A stretch of 64,000 bases of DNA from Eledone cirrhosa (Eukaryota), in the NCBI GenBank assembly GCA_964016885.1, contig OZ024741.1, positions 224,874,001-224,938,000 of the forward strand, given 5' to 3'. The position numbers and the translations under genes were made by a program. The notes beneath the pieces were generated by a model, which saw only the letters and a program-made list of their open reading frames with translations, did no database searches and was not told the DNA's origin. Positions 25,038 to 38,261 of this stretch are shown one piece after another (positions within the stretch are counted from its first letter, which is position 1; the number at the start of each line of letters is the position of its first letter).

Positions 25038-28000
25038 ATCAATTGAGAGTTGGCTGTTTGAACGCGCGTGGCCTGGGCTCAGCTTGGAAGCAAGCAAAGC
25101 TTCTAAGTGACCTCAGGTCACAAAGTATAGATGTGATGGTTGTTTGCGAGAGTCGGATGAGCAGTGTGAGACAGCTGGCGCCCGCCTTCGATGACTTTGA
25201 GATGCACGCATCTCTCTGTCAACCCGGAGGCGGGGGGGGGGGAGTTGCCGTACTGCTGGATAAACGTCTGACTCTCGACGTACAGATTGTTCACTCGGAC
25301 CCGGGGGGTCGATTACTGGTGCTGGACGTCGGAGGCGGTGAAGGCGGGGCTTTCAGACTGGTCGGTCTTTATGCTCCCTTCGGGGCGGAAAGAGCCGACT
25401 TCTTCCAGCGTCTGGAGACTTTTCTAGGAACGTCGCGTACCCTGCTTTTAGTGGGGGACTGGAATGAAATCCTAGATGCGCGTTGGGACTATGCAGGGGC
25501 ATGTCCCGATAGAGGGGGGTGTAGCAGCCTCAAGGGGTTACTCGATCGATTCGACCTGGTCGATAGATTTCGACTAGATTGTCCAACTGCGCCAACCTGG
25601 ACCTGGGCAAACCGCAGTGGACAATCTAGATCGTACCTAGATAGGTTTTTGGTTAGGAGTAAGGATAGGGACGTATTTAGTTGTCTAGAACTGATCATGG
25701 TTGGCTATTCAGATCACAAATTAGTGACCTGCGTGGTCAACATTGATAGAACGCATAGACAGGGTCCCGGTTACTGGAAGATGAACTTGTCCTTACCGAC
25801 AAAGAAAGATTACAGAAACCGGATTAGTAGCTTAGTTAAGATGCGGTTGACGGGAGCGATCGTCAACAGTAGGTGGTGGGTATCTCTAAAGAGAGAGATT
25901 AGAGTAAGTTCGATAGGTTACAGTAAGGAACTAGCGGCGAATAGAAATAGGAAGGAAAGGGAGTTAACAGATAAACTAGAAGAGGCGATTAGGAGCGGAG
26001 ACGTAGCCAGAGTGTTAGCGACGAGAACGGCATTGAGCCAGTTCTTTGACGCGAAGCACGAAGGCTGCGTTGTCCGAAGTAAAATACGTGCTTTAGGAAA
26101 CGAGGGGACCAAAGCTGTTAGCTGGGCCCGCGTGACAGAAGCCAAGAGTGGGATTAAATCCACCATTCGGTCTTTGCGAGACCAGGATGGACGGGTGATC
26201 CTTGAACCTGAGCGAATGTTCGAGACCTTTCAAAGGCACTTTGCTCGACTGTTCGGAGGTGGCGGGGGGCCGGACGGGGATGTGGACTTCGGTCCATACC
26301 TCGACGGTCTACCGCGTCTTTCGAGCGGCGAAGCGGAGTGCTGCGAAAGGCCAATCACAGCCACTGAAATCGGGGAAGCGCTCAGCCAATGCAGCAGACG
26401 CAAATCCCCGGGTCTCGATGGTCTACCATACGAACTTTATTTAGCTATGCCGGTCTTGTTCTCCGAACTCCTCGAGGCTGTCTATTGCAACTGGCAACAG
26501 AACGGGAGAATTCCCTGTTCTGTGACCAAGGGCGTGGTCACGCTAGTGAGGAAGGACGAGAGCAAGGGGGACGACTTAAGTAACTTTAGGCCCATAACTC
26601 TGCTGAATGCAGAGTTACAGATTTTGGCCAAGGTGTTGGCGAAGAGGTTGGCGCTTGTGGTGGGTGGTTTGGTGGGAGACGCGCAGACATGCGCTATCCC
26701 GTCCAGGTCCATTCACGACAACCTCCACCTCATGCGATACATCATAGAGAGGGTTGGCTACGAACCCGGCTTTGGTGGGGCCCTGATCAACTTGGATCAA
26801 TCTAAGGCGTTCGATAGGGTCGACCATGGTTACCTGGATGCGGTGCTAGCGGCGGCGGGCTTCGGACCCGTTTTCAGGGGCTGGATTTCTGCCATGCACA
26901 GTGGCAACATCTACTCTAGGATTAAAGTAAACGGCTACCTCTCGGAGCCGTTTCAAATCACCCGATCCATCAGACAGGGGTGCCCCCTCTCCTCCCTTCT
27001 GTACGTATTGACTCTCGAGCCACTGCTGCGGAAGTTGGAGTTGCTGCGGGGCATACCCCTGGAACCGGGATTGCACAAAGCGGTCTCGGCCTATGCCGAC
27101 GACGTAACAGTAATGGTGGCGGACGCCTCGGAAATCGGGGCGATCGCCACCCTACTGGAGGAATACGAAAGGCTGACGGGGGCTAAGCTGAACCAGGACA
27201 AGTCAGTCGGTTTGCAACTCGGAACGTGGAGGGGCAAACCGATGCCGTTAGACGGTGTCGTCGGGCGGTGGACGGAGGGCCCGGTGAAGCTGCTCGGGGT
27301 CTGGTTCGGACCGGACCTCCAGGTGGAGAAGAATTGGGGCGAGGTGACGAGCAGGGTGTTTGCGCTGACCCAGAAGTGGGCCAAGTGCAAACTATCACTG
27401 AAAGGTCGGGCGGAGGTGACGAACGCTTACATAGCGTCCGTCATCTACTACCGCCTGACCGTCGTGCCTTGCCCCAAGGAAAAGCTCACCATCATGGAAC
27501 GCATGCTCTTCCAGTTCCTCTGGAAGAAGCGGCCTCCCATGGTGAGGAGATCCATCTGCTGCCAGCACCCTTCGAAAGGAGGGCTGGGTATGCCGTGGCT
27601 GTTGATGCGTAGGCACGCATTGAGGCTACGGCATCTACAGGTATTCCTCAACGGTCAGCCGGTGTGGGCCCCGTTTGTGAGGCGAGCCTTCCCACAGCTC
27701 GTCTCGCTCACCGAACTGCAATCCTGGGTGAAGCAAAGACCGAGAAAACTGGGCAACTGGCACACCGAGTGTGCCCAGGCGCTCACGGCTATCTGGCAAG
27801 CGGACCCGACTGTCAGTGGAGAATCCACCTCGACATTCTATAGAGGGTTGGTGGCTAGCAGGGGCGATGACACCCTTGGAGAGTCGCTAGGCATGGAGGA
27901 GGACGAACTGGCCAGCCTGTTCGGTAGAACTTTCGGCCCGGGACCCATGGACAACTTCCAGAGGTCCCTAGCCTGGCAGTGTTACCGGGGGGCTCTGCCC

Positions 28001-28474
28001 GTTCGAGAAAAGCTCTACAGACACGGGCGCCCGGGCAGGGATCCCGCGAAAAAGATCTGTCCCAGATGCGTGCGCGACGAGGAAACCGTTGCGCATGCAC
28101 TGGTACACTGCCCGGGCGTTGCCGATCTGTGGGGCTACGTCGAACGACTGCTGTCGCGTGTGGCGCCGATTCGATTAACCGCCGAGTCTGTGGTGAACAT
28201 CAAGCCGCCTCCTCCCTTCAGAAATGAAGCAGAGGCGGTCTTTCTGTGCGTAATAGCCATGATGAAAGAGGTTGTGTGGTGGACGCGCCTGAAAGGTCTG
28301 AGGTCGGGTGACTTTCTCTCCGGCCATCACCTGGTTTACTTCTTCCGATACCACTTCGGAAGAAGGATCAGGATAGAGAGAGAAGTGCTTGGTCCCAGAC
28401 AGTTTTATGAAAGGTGGGTGAAAGAAGCGAGAATGGCCCGTGTAAATGGGCCTTCTCTCTACATTGTTCTGTAG
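25034..28474 (+). CDS. Element B ORF2, uninterrupted APE-RT-Zn polyprotein (~1145 aa)
   Basis: 1143 open codons from 25043 with all endonuclease and RT motifs (YADD); the position matching the A and C start codon reads ATA at 25034. Confidence 0.93.
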   Translation: MDQLRVGCLNARGLGSAWKQAKLLSDLRSQSIDVMVVCESRMSSVRQLAPAFDDFEMHASLCQPGGGGGGVAVLLDKRLTLDVQIVHSDPGGRLLVLDVGGGEGGAFRLVGLYAPFGAERADFFQRLETFLGTSRTLLLVGDWNEILDARWDYAGACPDRGGCSSLKGLLDRFDLVDRFRLDCPTAPTWTWANRSGQSRSYLDRFLVRSKDRDVFSCLELIMVGYSDHKLVTCVVNIDRTHRQGPGYWKMNLSLPTKKDYRNRISSLVKMRLTGAIVNSRWWVSLKREIRVSSIGYSKELAANRNRKERELTDKLEEAIRSGDVARVLATRTALSQFFDAKHEGCVVRSKIRALGNEGTKAVSWARVTEAKSGIKSTIRSLRDQDGRVILEPERMFETFQRHFARLFGGGGGPDGDVDFGPYLDGLPRLSSGEAECCERPITATEIGEALSQCSRRKSPGLDGLPYELYLAMPVLFSELLEAVYCNWQQNGRIPCSVTKGVVTLVRKDESKGDDLSNFRPITLLNAELQILAKVLAKRLALVVGGLVGDAQTCAIPSRSIHDNLHLMRYIIERVGYEPGFGGALINLDQSKAFDRVDHGYLDAVLAAAGFGPVFRGWISAMHSGNIYSRIKVNGYLSEPFQITRSIRQGCPLSSLLYVLTLEPLLRKLELLRGIPLEPGLHKAVSAYADDVTVMVADASEIGAIATLLEEYERLTGAKLNQDKSVGLQLGTWRGKPMPLDGVVGRWTEGPVKLLGVWFGPDLQVEKNWGEVTSRVFALTQKWAKCKLSLKGRAEVTNAYIASVIYYRLTVVPCPKEKLTIMERMLFQFLWKKRPPMVRRSICCQHPSKGGLGMPWLLMRRHALRLRHLQVFLNGQPVWAPFVRRAFPQLVSLTELQSWVKQRPRKLGNWHTECAQALTAIWQADPTVSGESTSTFYRGLVASRGDDTLGESLGMEEDELASLFGRTFGPGPMDNFQRSLAWQCYRGALPVREKLYRHGRPGRDPAKKICPRCVRDEETVAHALVHCPGVADLWGYVERLLSRVAPIRLTAESVVNIKPPPPFRNEAEAVFLCVIAMMKEVVWWTRLKGLRSGDFLSGHHLVYFFRYHFGRRIRIEREVLGPRQFYERWVKEARMARVNGPSLYIVL

Positions 28475-28705
28475 GTGAAGAAGTGAAGAGGAAAGGGGGA
28501 GCGCCTCCTCTCTGGGCTTCCCCCGCGAAAAGAGTTGCACACTTTTCGGGGGTATGTGCAATCCCCAACACGCCCCCTCCTTTTTGAGGACTTTTTATTG
28601 TTATATTATTATTGTTATTCCTTTTTTCTTTACTCGATTTATGTAAACTCCCCCACTGTGTAAATGTCCCCTTCTTTTGTGCCCTCGTGGCAAATAAATA
28701 GAAAT

Positions 28706-28742
<37 letters not shown>

Positions 28743-28918
28743 GGACGTGCGGTAGATCGCTGGTAAGTTTTTGTAAAATTTTCCATACAAAAACAGAATT
28801 CATTGTGTAAAATTTTATATTGTTTGTCAGCTGGGTGGTAATCTCAGTTTTCGCCCGACAGGGGCAGAAATTTAATTAAAAATATTGACAAGTTTTAAAT
28901 ATTTTCCTAACTTTAATA

Positions 28919-30738
28919 ATGTGTGACTTACAACGAAAGCTAGACTGCGAGAAGAGAGGGAAAGAGACAGATATAAGCGTTATATCTCCCTCTATTTCCA
29001 TAGAAGTATCTATGGAGACAAACAACAACAAAACTTCATTTCGTAAACAAATGGATATTTACACAACAAAAGATGAAAATAACAGCCCACAACAGACACA
29101 AAAAAAATACAGAAAATGCAGAAATTGAAACAATTGACACAACTACACACGACAAAACCGACAACAACAACAACAAAATTGAAAAAACAACATTCGCACA
29201 GACTGTGATAAATAAAACAGAGTACAAACACATCGACATAAGCAACTCCAAACAAATGTTGACCGATGCAAAACAATTCATAACCTTTGAATAAAAGGGT
29301 GGGTTTTATATAAACTCACCCTTGCAAATTAAACGAGAAACAGTTCGGAGGACAGTAACCTTCAGAACTGTTTCAAATCAAACGAAAAAAACCGGTATTC
29401 CTCAGTCAAGGAGAAATTGAAACAACCCTGGAAGAGGCTCTGCCGGACATTGATTTTATGCAGAGGGCCAGACTATATGGAAGTGTGTCAGTACTTTTTA
29501 AAAGCGAGGCCCTCGCACAAAAACATTCTGTTACACCAGTCATCACAAAAACACACACCTTTTTCCTTACTTACATGGGAAAAAGAACTAAAAAAATTAA
29601 AATAAATAATATACCACCAAACATCAACATTTGGTGGATCTTGGCCGGTTTTATAGAGTCAGAAAGTGATACAATTTTTTCGGTCAGGAAATCGACCAGA
29701 AAAAGGTGGGCAGGGACAAATTTGGAAATTCTGATACAAATGACACCAGAAAGAATTTCCAAAATCCCCGAAAGAGTGCTGGTCGACAACCAGAACTACA
29801 TCAACATTGTCACTGGGGGGAGAAAGCCACACTGTTTTCGATGTGCAAGCATATCACACCTAAAAGCCTCCTTCCATTTACAAACAATTCTTAAAAAAAA
29901 AAAGTACTTTTACCAACACAACACCAAAACAATCACCACCACCACAACCACCACCACCACCACCACCACAACAACAACAACAGACGAAACGAGCAAACAC
30001 GCCAAAACAAACAGCCACTCAACCAACACCAGAAAAAGCAGAGACAACACCCCTGAAGAACACAGCCCCACCCATCCCACTCCATCAAACACTACCACAA
30101 ACACACACATCGAAACACCACCACCACACAACATACCCCTACCCCACACCCCTGACGATGATTATTCATTGACGGATGAAGCTGCTTCTCCTTCTTTAAG
30201 TGAAGAAGAGGGAGAGCCACGGAAATCTAAAAAACAAAAAAATAGACACCACAAAACCCCCTAAACTCCAATCACCAACACCAACACACAACCACAGACA
30301 CAAACAACACAAACAACACCACAGTCAAACATCCCCCTACCAGGAAAACCAACACCAACACCACCCCAAACACAAGCACCCACCATAAAAAGAAAACTCC
30401 CGGACGAACAACAAACTAAAACAACACTACAAAAACACAAACAACAATACGCATACATCAACACAAACAACAAGAGTTTGATGGAGGTCATCTCCCAAAA
30501 CCCCAAGGTGGAGACGGAGGGCAAAACTTTCGTCAAGGCAGAATCGCCTCCACACCTTAAACTTATAAGGTTTTCTATGGATAATGACCTGAAAAATAAA
30601 TTTTCGCAGGACGTGGGCAACCCCTGCCAGAAACCCATCAACCGCGTCATGTTAAAACGTTTCCCCACCACACCCAACACCCAATCCAGCATCCAAATGG
30701 AGGTTGAACAACCCGATTTCCAGGAAACGAAAAGGTAA
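28919..30738 (+). pseudogene. Element C ORF1, disrupted
   Basis: TFAQTV, LYGSVSVL, YMGKRT, degenerate knuckle CFRCASISHLKAS, NRVMLKRFP. Confidence 0.8.
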
Positions 30739-30779
30739 GTGCACCTTTCGTCCCTTTTCTCCAACTCTTCTTCATCAAC

Positions 30780-33700
30780 ATGGCTAGTTTACGAGTTGGA
30801 AGCGTGAATGTGCGTGGCCTAGGGATGCCCTGGAAACAATGCCAACTTTTAAACGACCTTAGGTCACACGGTATGGATGTGATAGCCATCACCGAGTCCA
30901 GGATCCACAACAGGCAGCAACTAACCCCTATCTTCGACGACTTTGAGATCTACGCATCTCTCTGTCAGCCAGAAGGTGGAGGGGGAGTGGCTGTCATGTT
31001 TCGGAAGTACCTGGACGTCGAAGTACAGCAAGTACACTTGGACCCGGAGGATAGACTGGTAGTCCTAGACGTGAACAATATTGGAGGTGGAGCCTTCAGA
31101 CTGGTGGCCATTTATGCCCCGACCGGGCAATCGCAATCACGGCCAGACTTCTTTAAGCGTCTAGAGTCTTTTCTGGGAACGTCTCGTTCCTTGCTTCTAG
31201 TGGGGGACTGGAATGGTATCCTAGATGCACGATGGGACTATGTGGGAGCATGTCCAAGTAGAGGGGGTGCAACAGCCTCAAAACTTTAATCGGCCAATTC
31301 CAACTGGCCGATAGGTATCGACTGGATTTCCCGACTGCACCACAGTGGACGTGGGCAAACAGCAGCGGGACATCTAGATCGTATTTAGATAGGTTCTTCA
31401 TTAGAGAAAGGGACAAGGAAATGTTAAGCTGTCCACGAATACACATGGTTAACTATTCAGATCACAAATTAGTCGTCTGCTTAGTCAACCGTGATAGAAT
31501 ACATAGACAAGGACCCGGATACTGGAAGCTGAACGTGTCGTTGCCGGCACGTAAAGTTTACAGTGAACGAATAAGTAGACTAGTCAAGCAACAGTTAACG
31601 GGAGCCATCGTCAACAATAGATGGTGGTACTCTCTCAAGAAAGCAATTAGAGTAGAATCGATAGGGTTTAGCAGAGAGTTAGCTTTAAAGAAACACAAAA
31701 TAGAAAGAGAACTAGTAGCCAAGGTAGAGGAGGCACTTAGAAGTGGCAACGCGGCTAGAGTGTTAGCGTCGAGAACGGCACTGGACCAGTTCTTCGATGC
31801 GAAACACGAAGGCTGCGTGGTCAGAAACAAAACACGTGCTCTAGGAAATGAAGGAGCGAAAGCTGTCAGCTGGGCCCGAGTGGCGGAGGCGAAAAGCGGC
31901 AACAAGTCCACGATTCGGTCTTTGAAAGACCAAAACAGACGCCAAATGTGTGCGGCCTTTCAGCAGCACTTTGCGCGACTGTTTGAGCAGAACGACGGTG
32001 AGCCGAACTGGGGAATGAACTTTAGTTCATACTTCGACGGCCTGGCGCGTCTCTCGAACACGGACGCTCTGGGCCGCTGCGGGAAACGCAAGTCACCCGG
32101 TCTAGATGGTCTACTCTATGAGTTTTACATAGGCATGCCGGACTTGTTCTCTGGTGTCCTCAAAGCCGTCTACTGCAATTGGCACCAGAACGGGAGAATT
32201 CCCAGTTCTGCAGGCAAGGGCGTAGTAACGCTGATCAGGAAAGACGAAACAAGGGGGACGAAATTAACAACTTCAGGCCCATAATTCTGCTCAACACAGA
32301 GTTAAAGATTTTGGCCAAGGTGCTAGCGACGAGGTTGGCGCTTGTCGTCGAGAACCTGGTAGGAAAAGCGCAAACGTGTGCAATCCCGACCAGGTCCATA
32401 CACGACAACCTCCACCTCATGCGATACATCATAGAGAGGGTGGCTAGTAAACCCGGCTTCGGTGGGGCTCTGATCAATTTGGATCAGTCTAAGGCATTCG
32501 ATAGGGTCGACCATCGATACTTGGTCCCATCGATACGGTTTCGGTCCCGTTTTCAGAGGCTGGATCGACGCGATGCACACCAGCATCTGCTCGAGAGTCA
32601 ACGTGAACGGCTACCTATCGGAGCCGTTCGCAATCACGCGTTCCATTCGACAGGGGTGCCCTCTCTCCTCCATTCTGTATGTATTGACTCTAGAGCCACT
32701 ACTGCGGAAATTGGAGCAGTTGCTGGGCATCCCTCTAGAACCGGGACTGCACAAAGCGGCGTCGGCTTATGCCGATGACATGACGGTAATGGTGTCGAGC
32801 ACCTCGGAAATCGGGGTGATCGGCAACTTACTGAAAGAATACGAAACGCTGACGGGAGCAAAACTGAACCCAGACAAGTCTGGTTTGCAATTTGGTACGT
32901 GGAGAGGAAAACCGATGACGTCCGACAGCGTCGCTGGATGCTGGACGGACGGACCGGTGAAATTGCTCGGGGTCTGGTGCGGTCCAGACCTCCAGGTGGA
33001 GAAAAACTGGAACGAGGTCACGGCCAAGGTGTTTGCGCTCACCCAGAAGTGGGCAGAGTGCAAACTGTCCTTGAAAGGTCGAGCGGAGGTGGCGAACACT
33101 TTCATAGCGTCCATCATCTACTACCGCTTGACTGTCGTGCCTTGCCCCCGTGAACACCTCGGCAAGATGGAGCGCATGCTCTTCCAGTTTCTGTGGAAGA
33201 AGCAGGCTCCGCTGGTGAGGAGATCCGTCTGCTGTCAGCACCCTTCCAACGGAGGGCTGGGAATGCCGTGGCTGATGATGCGCAAACATGCGCTGAGGCT
33301 GTGGCATCTCCAGGTATTCCTCACCGACCCCCAACCAGTGTGGGCACCGTTTGTGAGACAGGCTTTCCCACAGCTCGTCTGGCTGACGGAGCTGCAGTCC
33401 TGGGTCAAGAAAAGACTGAAAACGATGGGCACCTCGCACATTGAATGCGCTCAGGCGCTCACAGTCCTCTGGCAAGCGGGCACAGCAATCAGTGGAGACT
33501 CCACTTCGACATTCTATAGAGGGATTGTACGTTACAAGGGCGACGACGTGCTCGGAGAGACTCTGGGCGTCGAAGACGATGAGCTCGCCAGTCTGTTTGG
33601 TAGGACTTTCCGCCCGGGACCTATGGAAAACTTCCTGAGGTCCCTGGCCTGGCAGTGCTACCGAGGAGCTCTACCGGTTCGTGACAAGATCTACAGGCAC

Positions 33701-34116
33701 GGACACCCCGGCAGGGATCCTTCCAAGAGGACGTGTTCAAGATGCGCGCAGGGCATTGAAACAGTCCTGCACGCAATTGTACACTGCCCGGGAGTAACTG
33801 ACCTGTTACGCTATGGAGAACAACTGCTGTCGCGTATGGAACAAATCCAGTTGACTGCCGAGTCCTTAGTAAGGATCAAACCGCCAGCCTCTTTCAAAAA
33901 CGAAAGAGAAGCGGTTTTCCTCTGTACGGTGGCTATGGTGAACGAGATTGAGGGGACTGAGGACAGATGCCTTTCTCTCCCTTCTTTAAGTATCATTTTA
34001 GACGGAGAATCAGAGTAGAGAGAGAGGCACTGCACCCCAGTAAATTTACTGAAAGGTGGGTGAATGAAGAGGAAATGGCCCGAGTGATTGGGCCTTCTCT
34101 GTTTATAAGCCTGTAG
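30780..34116 (+). pseudogene. Element C ORF2, frameshifted
   Basis: Fragments 30780-31289, 31421-32284, 32179-32778 and 32573-34018 are collinear with A and B ORF2. Confidence 0.9.
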
Positions 34117-34372
34117 GTTGAAGAAGAGAGCAAAAGGAAGAAAGGAGAACTTACACAACACGCTCCTGGAGGTGAGGGTTGTTCTATCGACGGGGTATTA
34201 AACAACCCATTTGTGGCGCTTCCCCCCTATTGGGGATTTCGATTGTTGTAATTGTTTGTTTTTATTTTTTTTATACGACTGTATGTAAAATCCTCGGCAT
34301 GACTTTGTATTGTCCCCTTTTTTTGTGCGCCCTTGTGGCAAATAAAGAAATCTATCTATCTATCTATGTATG

Positions 34373-34417
<45 letters not shown>

Positions 34418-34489
34418 GTCTATGCCGACGGCCATGTTGTCCACCTGTCTTTACACGTGCTCACCAAAGCTTTCAATCTATCACCAACG

Positions 34490-35465
34490 TTCAAATATTA
34501 TTGCTATTCAAATATTATTGATATAGAAACATTTAGACATACAAACATTATTGACATATACACAAGTCTGACATACAAACATTATTGACTTTGCCTTTCA
34601 TCCTTACGGGGTCGATAAAATAAAGTACCAGTAATGCACTGGGTAATTGCTGGCCTTGTGCCTAAAGTAGAAACAATTATTGCTATACGAACATTATTAC
34701 AATATAAACATTATTGACATATAGACATTATTGACATACAAGCATTATTGATATACCTTTCATCCTTACGGGGTCGATAAAATAAAGTACCAGTAATGTA
34801 CTGAGTAATTGCTGGCCTTGTGCCTAAAGTAGAAACAATTATTACAATACAAACATTATTGACATAAAAACATTATTGACATACAAACATTATTGACATA
34901 TACACAAGTTTGACATACAAACATTATTGCAATACAAATATTATTGACATACAAATTATTGACATAGAACCATTTAGACATACAAACATTATTGACATAC
35001 AAATATTATTGACATATACACAAGTATGACATACAAACATTATTGGCCAAAAGTAGAAACAATTATTGCTATACGAACATTATTACAATATAAATATTAT
35101 TGACATATAGACATTATTGACATACAAGCACTATTGATATACAAACATTATTGACATACATAAAATATTGACAAACAAACATTATTACTGAATTGGCAGT
35201 ATCGGTAAAGGGTCAAACGCCGTGCTTTCCAGCATAGAGTTACGCCCCTTTATGGTCTGAGTTCAAATCCCGCTGAGGTTAACTTTGCCTTTCATCCTTA
35301 CGGGGTCGATAAAATAAAGTACCAGTAATGTACTGGGATAATTGCTGGCCTTGTGCCAATAGTAGAAACAATTATTACAATACAAACATTATTGATATAC
35401 ACACATTATTACAATACAAACATTATTGATATAGAAATATTATTGATATAGAAATATTATTGGCA
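34490..35465. repeat. ~17-bp minisatellite (acaaacattattgacat)n interleaved with SINE pieces
   Basis: SINE segments at about 34586-34680, 34756-34842 and 35192-35375. Confidence 0.85.
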
Positions 35466-36074
35466 TACATGATGCTGGCGATCATGATGATAATAATGAT
35501 GATGACGATGACAATAATAAATTAGCATAGCAACGAAAATAATTCTTTATGCACACATACACACAAACACACATACTCATACATACACATACACAAGCAC
35601 ACACGAAGATACAAACTCACATGCACACACATACATAAACAGTTGCCCTCTTTCTGTCTGTCTGTCTATCAGTCTCTCTTTCCCCTTTTCTCTCTCTTTA
35701 CCTCTCTCGTCTCCCTTAGCTATATTAATCAAACAAACTATTGCTCATTTCAGTCATGGCATGGTGTCATAACATAATATATACTGTGTGCCAAACCAAC
35801 ATGCTTTTGTCCCCACTTTCAGTCCCACCCCGCAGTTCAATCCTTAATCTATCCTAATGACACATAAAACAAATGACTGTAACATTCACCCATGTCTTTC
35901 TTCAATCTTTTAAATGTTATTTTATTTTCTGGAAGGTTGTCGGATTGGCAGGATCGTTACAGTGTCGGACAAAAGCATAGCAGTATTTATTCCGGCTCAA
36001 ATCCCATCAATGACCACTTTAATTGTCATCCTTTTGGAGTCGATAAAATAAAGTACTAGTCTCATATTTCTAAG

Positions 36075-36352
36075 TCTAAAGTCTGTCTTAAGCCAGAAGG
36101 CTCATTTGGCCGGTGCTTATCCCAGTTTCATGGCGTGTAGCGACTGAGAGTACAAGACTCCCCCTGGACAGGACGCCAGTCCATCGCAGGTTTAAACTCC
36201 CAGCTATTGCTGGTACTCATTTTCAGTTGAGTATATTGGAGCAACGTGAAATGAATTGTTTTGCTCAAGAACACAACATGCAACCCAGGAATCGAACCCA
36301 CGACATTATGATCGCATGTTCAACACCCTCAATACTAGGCCACGTGCCTCCA
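36075..36352 (-). mobile_element. tRNA-derived CORE-like SINE, near full length
   Basis: Minus strand: A-box-like tggcctagtattg, B-box ggttcgattcc, CORE-like gtgttcttgagcaaaac, tail cctgcgatggactggcgtcctgtccaggggg. Confidence 0.75.
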
Positions 36353-36639
36353 CCTCGTCTCATATTAAGGTCAATGTAGTCGACTTTTCTATCCCCACAA
36401 ATTATTGGCCTTATGCCTGAATTAGAAATCATTTTAGCTTCTATAAATATTTCCTCCACCCAACAACTACAATTCAAGTTTTATAATTTCACCTAAGTAA
36501 TTAGTATTCTTATTGTTTAGTTCCAGGTCAGTTCTGATCGAGCAGACCTATGGACCATTATGTTCTACCATTACCATATTAAAAATGGATTGGTAGAGTT
36601 GTTAAGCCATCGGACATGTTTTACAGCATTTGTTCTGGC

Positions 36640-37510
36640 TCTTTACGTTCAGAGTTCGAATTCCGCCAAGATCAACTTTGCCTTTTATCCTTTCGGTTTC
36701 GATAAAATAAAGTATGGGTCAAGTGCTGGGGCCGATTTAATTTCGTGACCTAGTGCCTGAGTTAAAAATCATTATAGAAGTTCGGATAACAAAATAAAAA
36801 TAAAGGCTAACATGGTATTGGCTAAGCTAGAACAGTAGGGCATAACAATAATAAGCCTAGGATAAGTACATAGTACAAGTGAACATATCAGTAGTTAATG
36901 TAGGGCAACATAGCTACATTATGTCCGACGCCCCCCCCCCCAAAAAAAGACCCCCCCCCCCCCCAAAAAAAAAAGAAAAAAAAACCAACAACAACAAAAG
37001 AAACAAAAAAACAAACAAACATGTAAAGAGGAAAGCCCAGATAGTGGCAGCTGGAATTTTGATTAAGTATCTGTTTGATCAGGGTTGATATGAAGAGTGG
37101 GGTGAAACCACAAGTGCAACCGAAATATACGACGTCAAGATTTGATTCCTTAGTAAAAAGTAAGACCCAACGTAACTAGTGATGGTCTATGTCAGTTATC
37201 CGAGAACATAACGAGGTGTGACAGAATCGTGAGAGCGCCAAGCTAAACATTTGCTGTTTTTTTTCGGGCTCTCTTGACTCTGAGTTCAAATCCCGTTGAA
37301 GCCAACTGTGCCTTCTATTCTCTCGGGATCGATAAATAAAGTATCACACTAGTCCAGGGGCGGTGGATTGCCGGATTCATTAGGGAGTTAGGGAGTTGAA
37401 GGGGATGTTTTGTGGTATTAATCAGAGTTTCTGTGCATTGAGTTCAAATCCCGTCGATGTCAATTTTGCCTTTCATCCTTCCGGGGTCTATAAATAAAGT
37501 ACCAGTTGAA
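36640..37510 (+). mobile_element. Three old, diverged copies of the abundant SINE
   Basis: gagttc.aat.cc...gcctt..atcc....gg.tcgataaa motifs near 36652, 37282 and 37440. Confidence 0.65.
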
Positions 37511-38261
37511 GGGTAGTGGATTAACGGGATTGTTAAAACGTTGGACAGGATGCTTTGTGACATCTCTTCCGACTCTGGGTATGTGTATGTGCTCTTTTGA
37601 GTTTGAAGTCCGTCTCCAGTCACTGAAAAGGCTATGACGCTTCTGCCAGGAGTTACAATCGACAAATAGTAATAGCATTAGAAAGACCAATGGTAACATA
37701 GTTTTCTTCGGCCAAGCTGATGCTTGGCTCCTTTCCTAAAGATTGCGAAGCTAATTTCTTTACTAATTAGTAAAGAAATGATCGATTATAATCGATCATA
37801 ATGCGCCCATAGAAAGAAAGAAAGATAGAATATAAAAAAAGAAAAAGAAAAAAAGAATTTAGTGGATCAGATACAGCAACTTTTATTTTAATATTGAGTT
37901 TACAGCAAACTTGTCAACTCTCCCCGTCCGACAGGGAGATCTCCCATCCACTTTGGGGTTGGTGAAAGATGTCTACTCTTGTGAAAATGGGTATAGCTTT
38001 CCTTATGTAAGATTTCCCCATTTTGCCTCATTTCTCTCCGTTTTGGAGCATGTTTTTTCATGATACTCCCCCGTAGGGTTTTTAAAGGTTGGCATGTCTG
38101 TTACAATGAGGAAGATGAAAAAGAACTCGCCTCCTCTTTAAAATCCCTTAAAATTTCGGGTAAATTGCCTTCGTCGGAGAGTATATTTTCTGATAGTTCT
38201 GATTACATATTACGTGTTTCTTCTTACCTCAAGGTTCACCTTTCAAACTGATTTCTCAGTA

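Larger units (their letters stand above)
22998..28706 (+). mobile_element. Tx1/L1-clade non-LTR retrotransposon B, full length, best preserved
   Basis: Lies between two (TATC)n tracts; ORF1, ORF2 and 3' AATAAA present. Confidence 0.93.
28743..34350 (+). mobile_element. Tx1/L1-clade non-LTR retrotransposon C, full length, many frameshifts
   Basis: Follows (TATC)9 at 28707-28742; ends aataaagaaa followed by (TCTA)n at 34351-34422. Confidence 0.92.

Noticed and set aside
19392-33640. Short antisense and alternate-frame ORFs recurring in elements A, B and C
   Set aside because: They are shadows of the conserved GC-rich ORF2 with no independent evidence
17193-34350. Telomeric retrotransposon array or LTR element
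   Set aside because: There are no telomeric repeats, LTRs, integrase or protease; the domain order is APE-RT and the array has ordinary DNA on both sides
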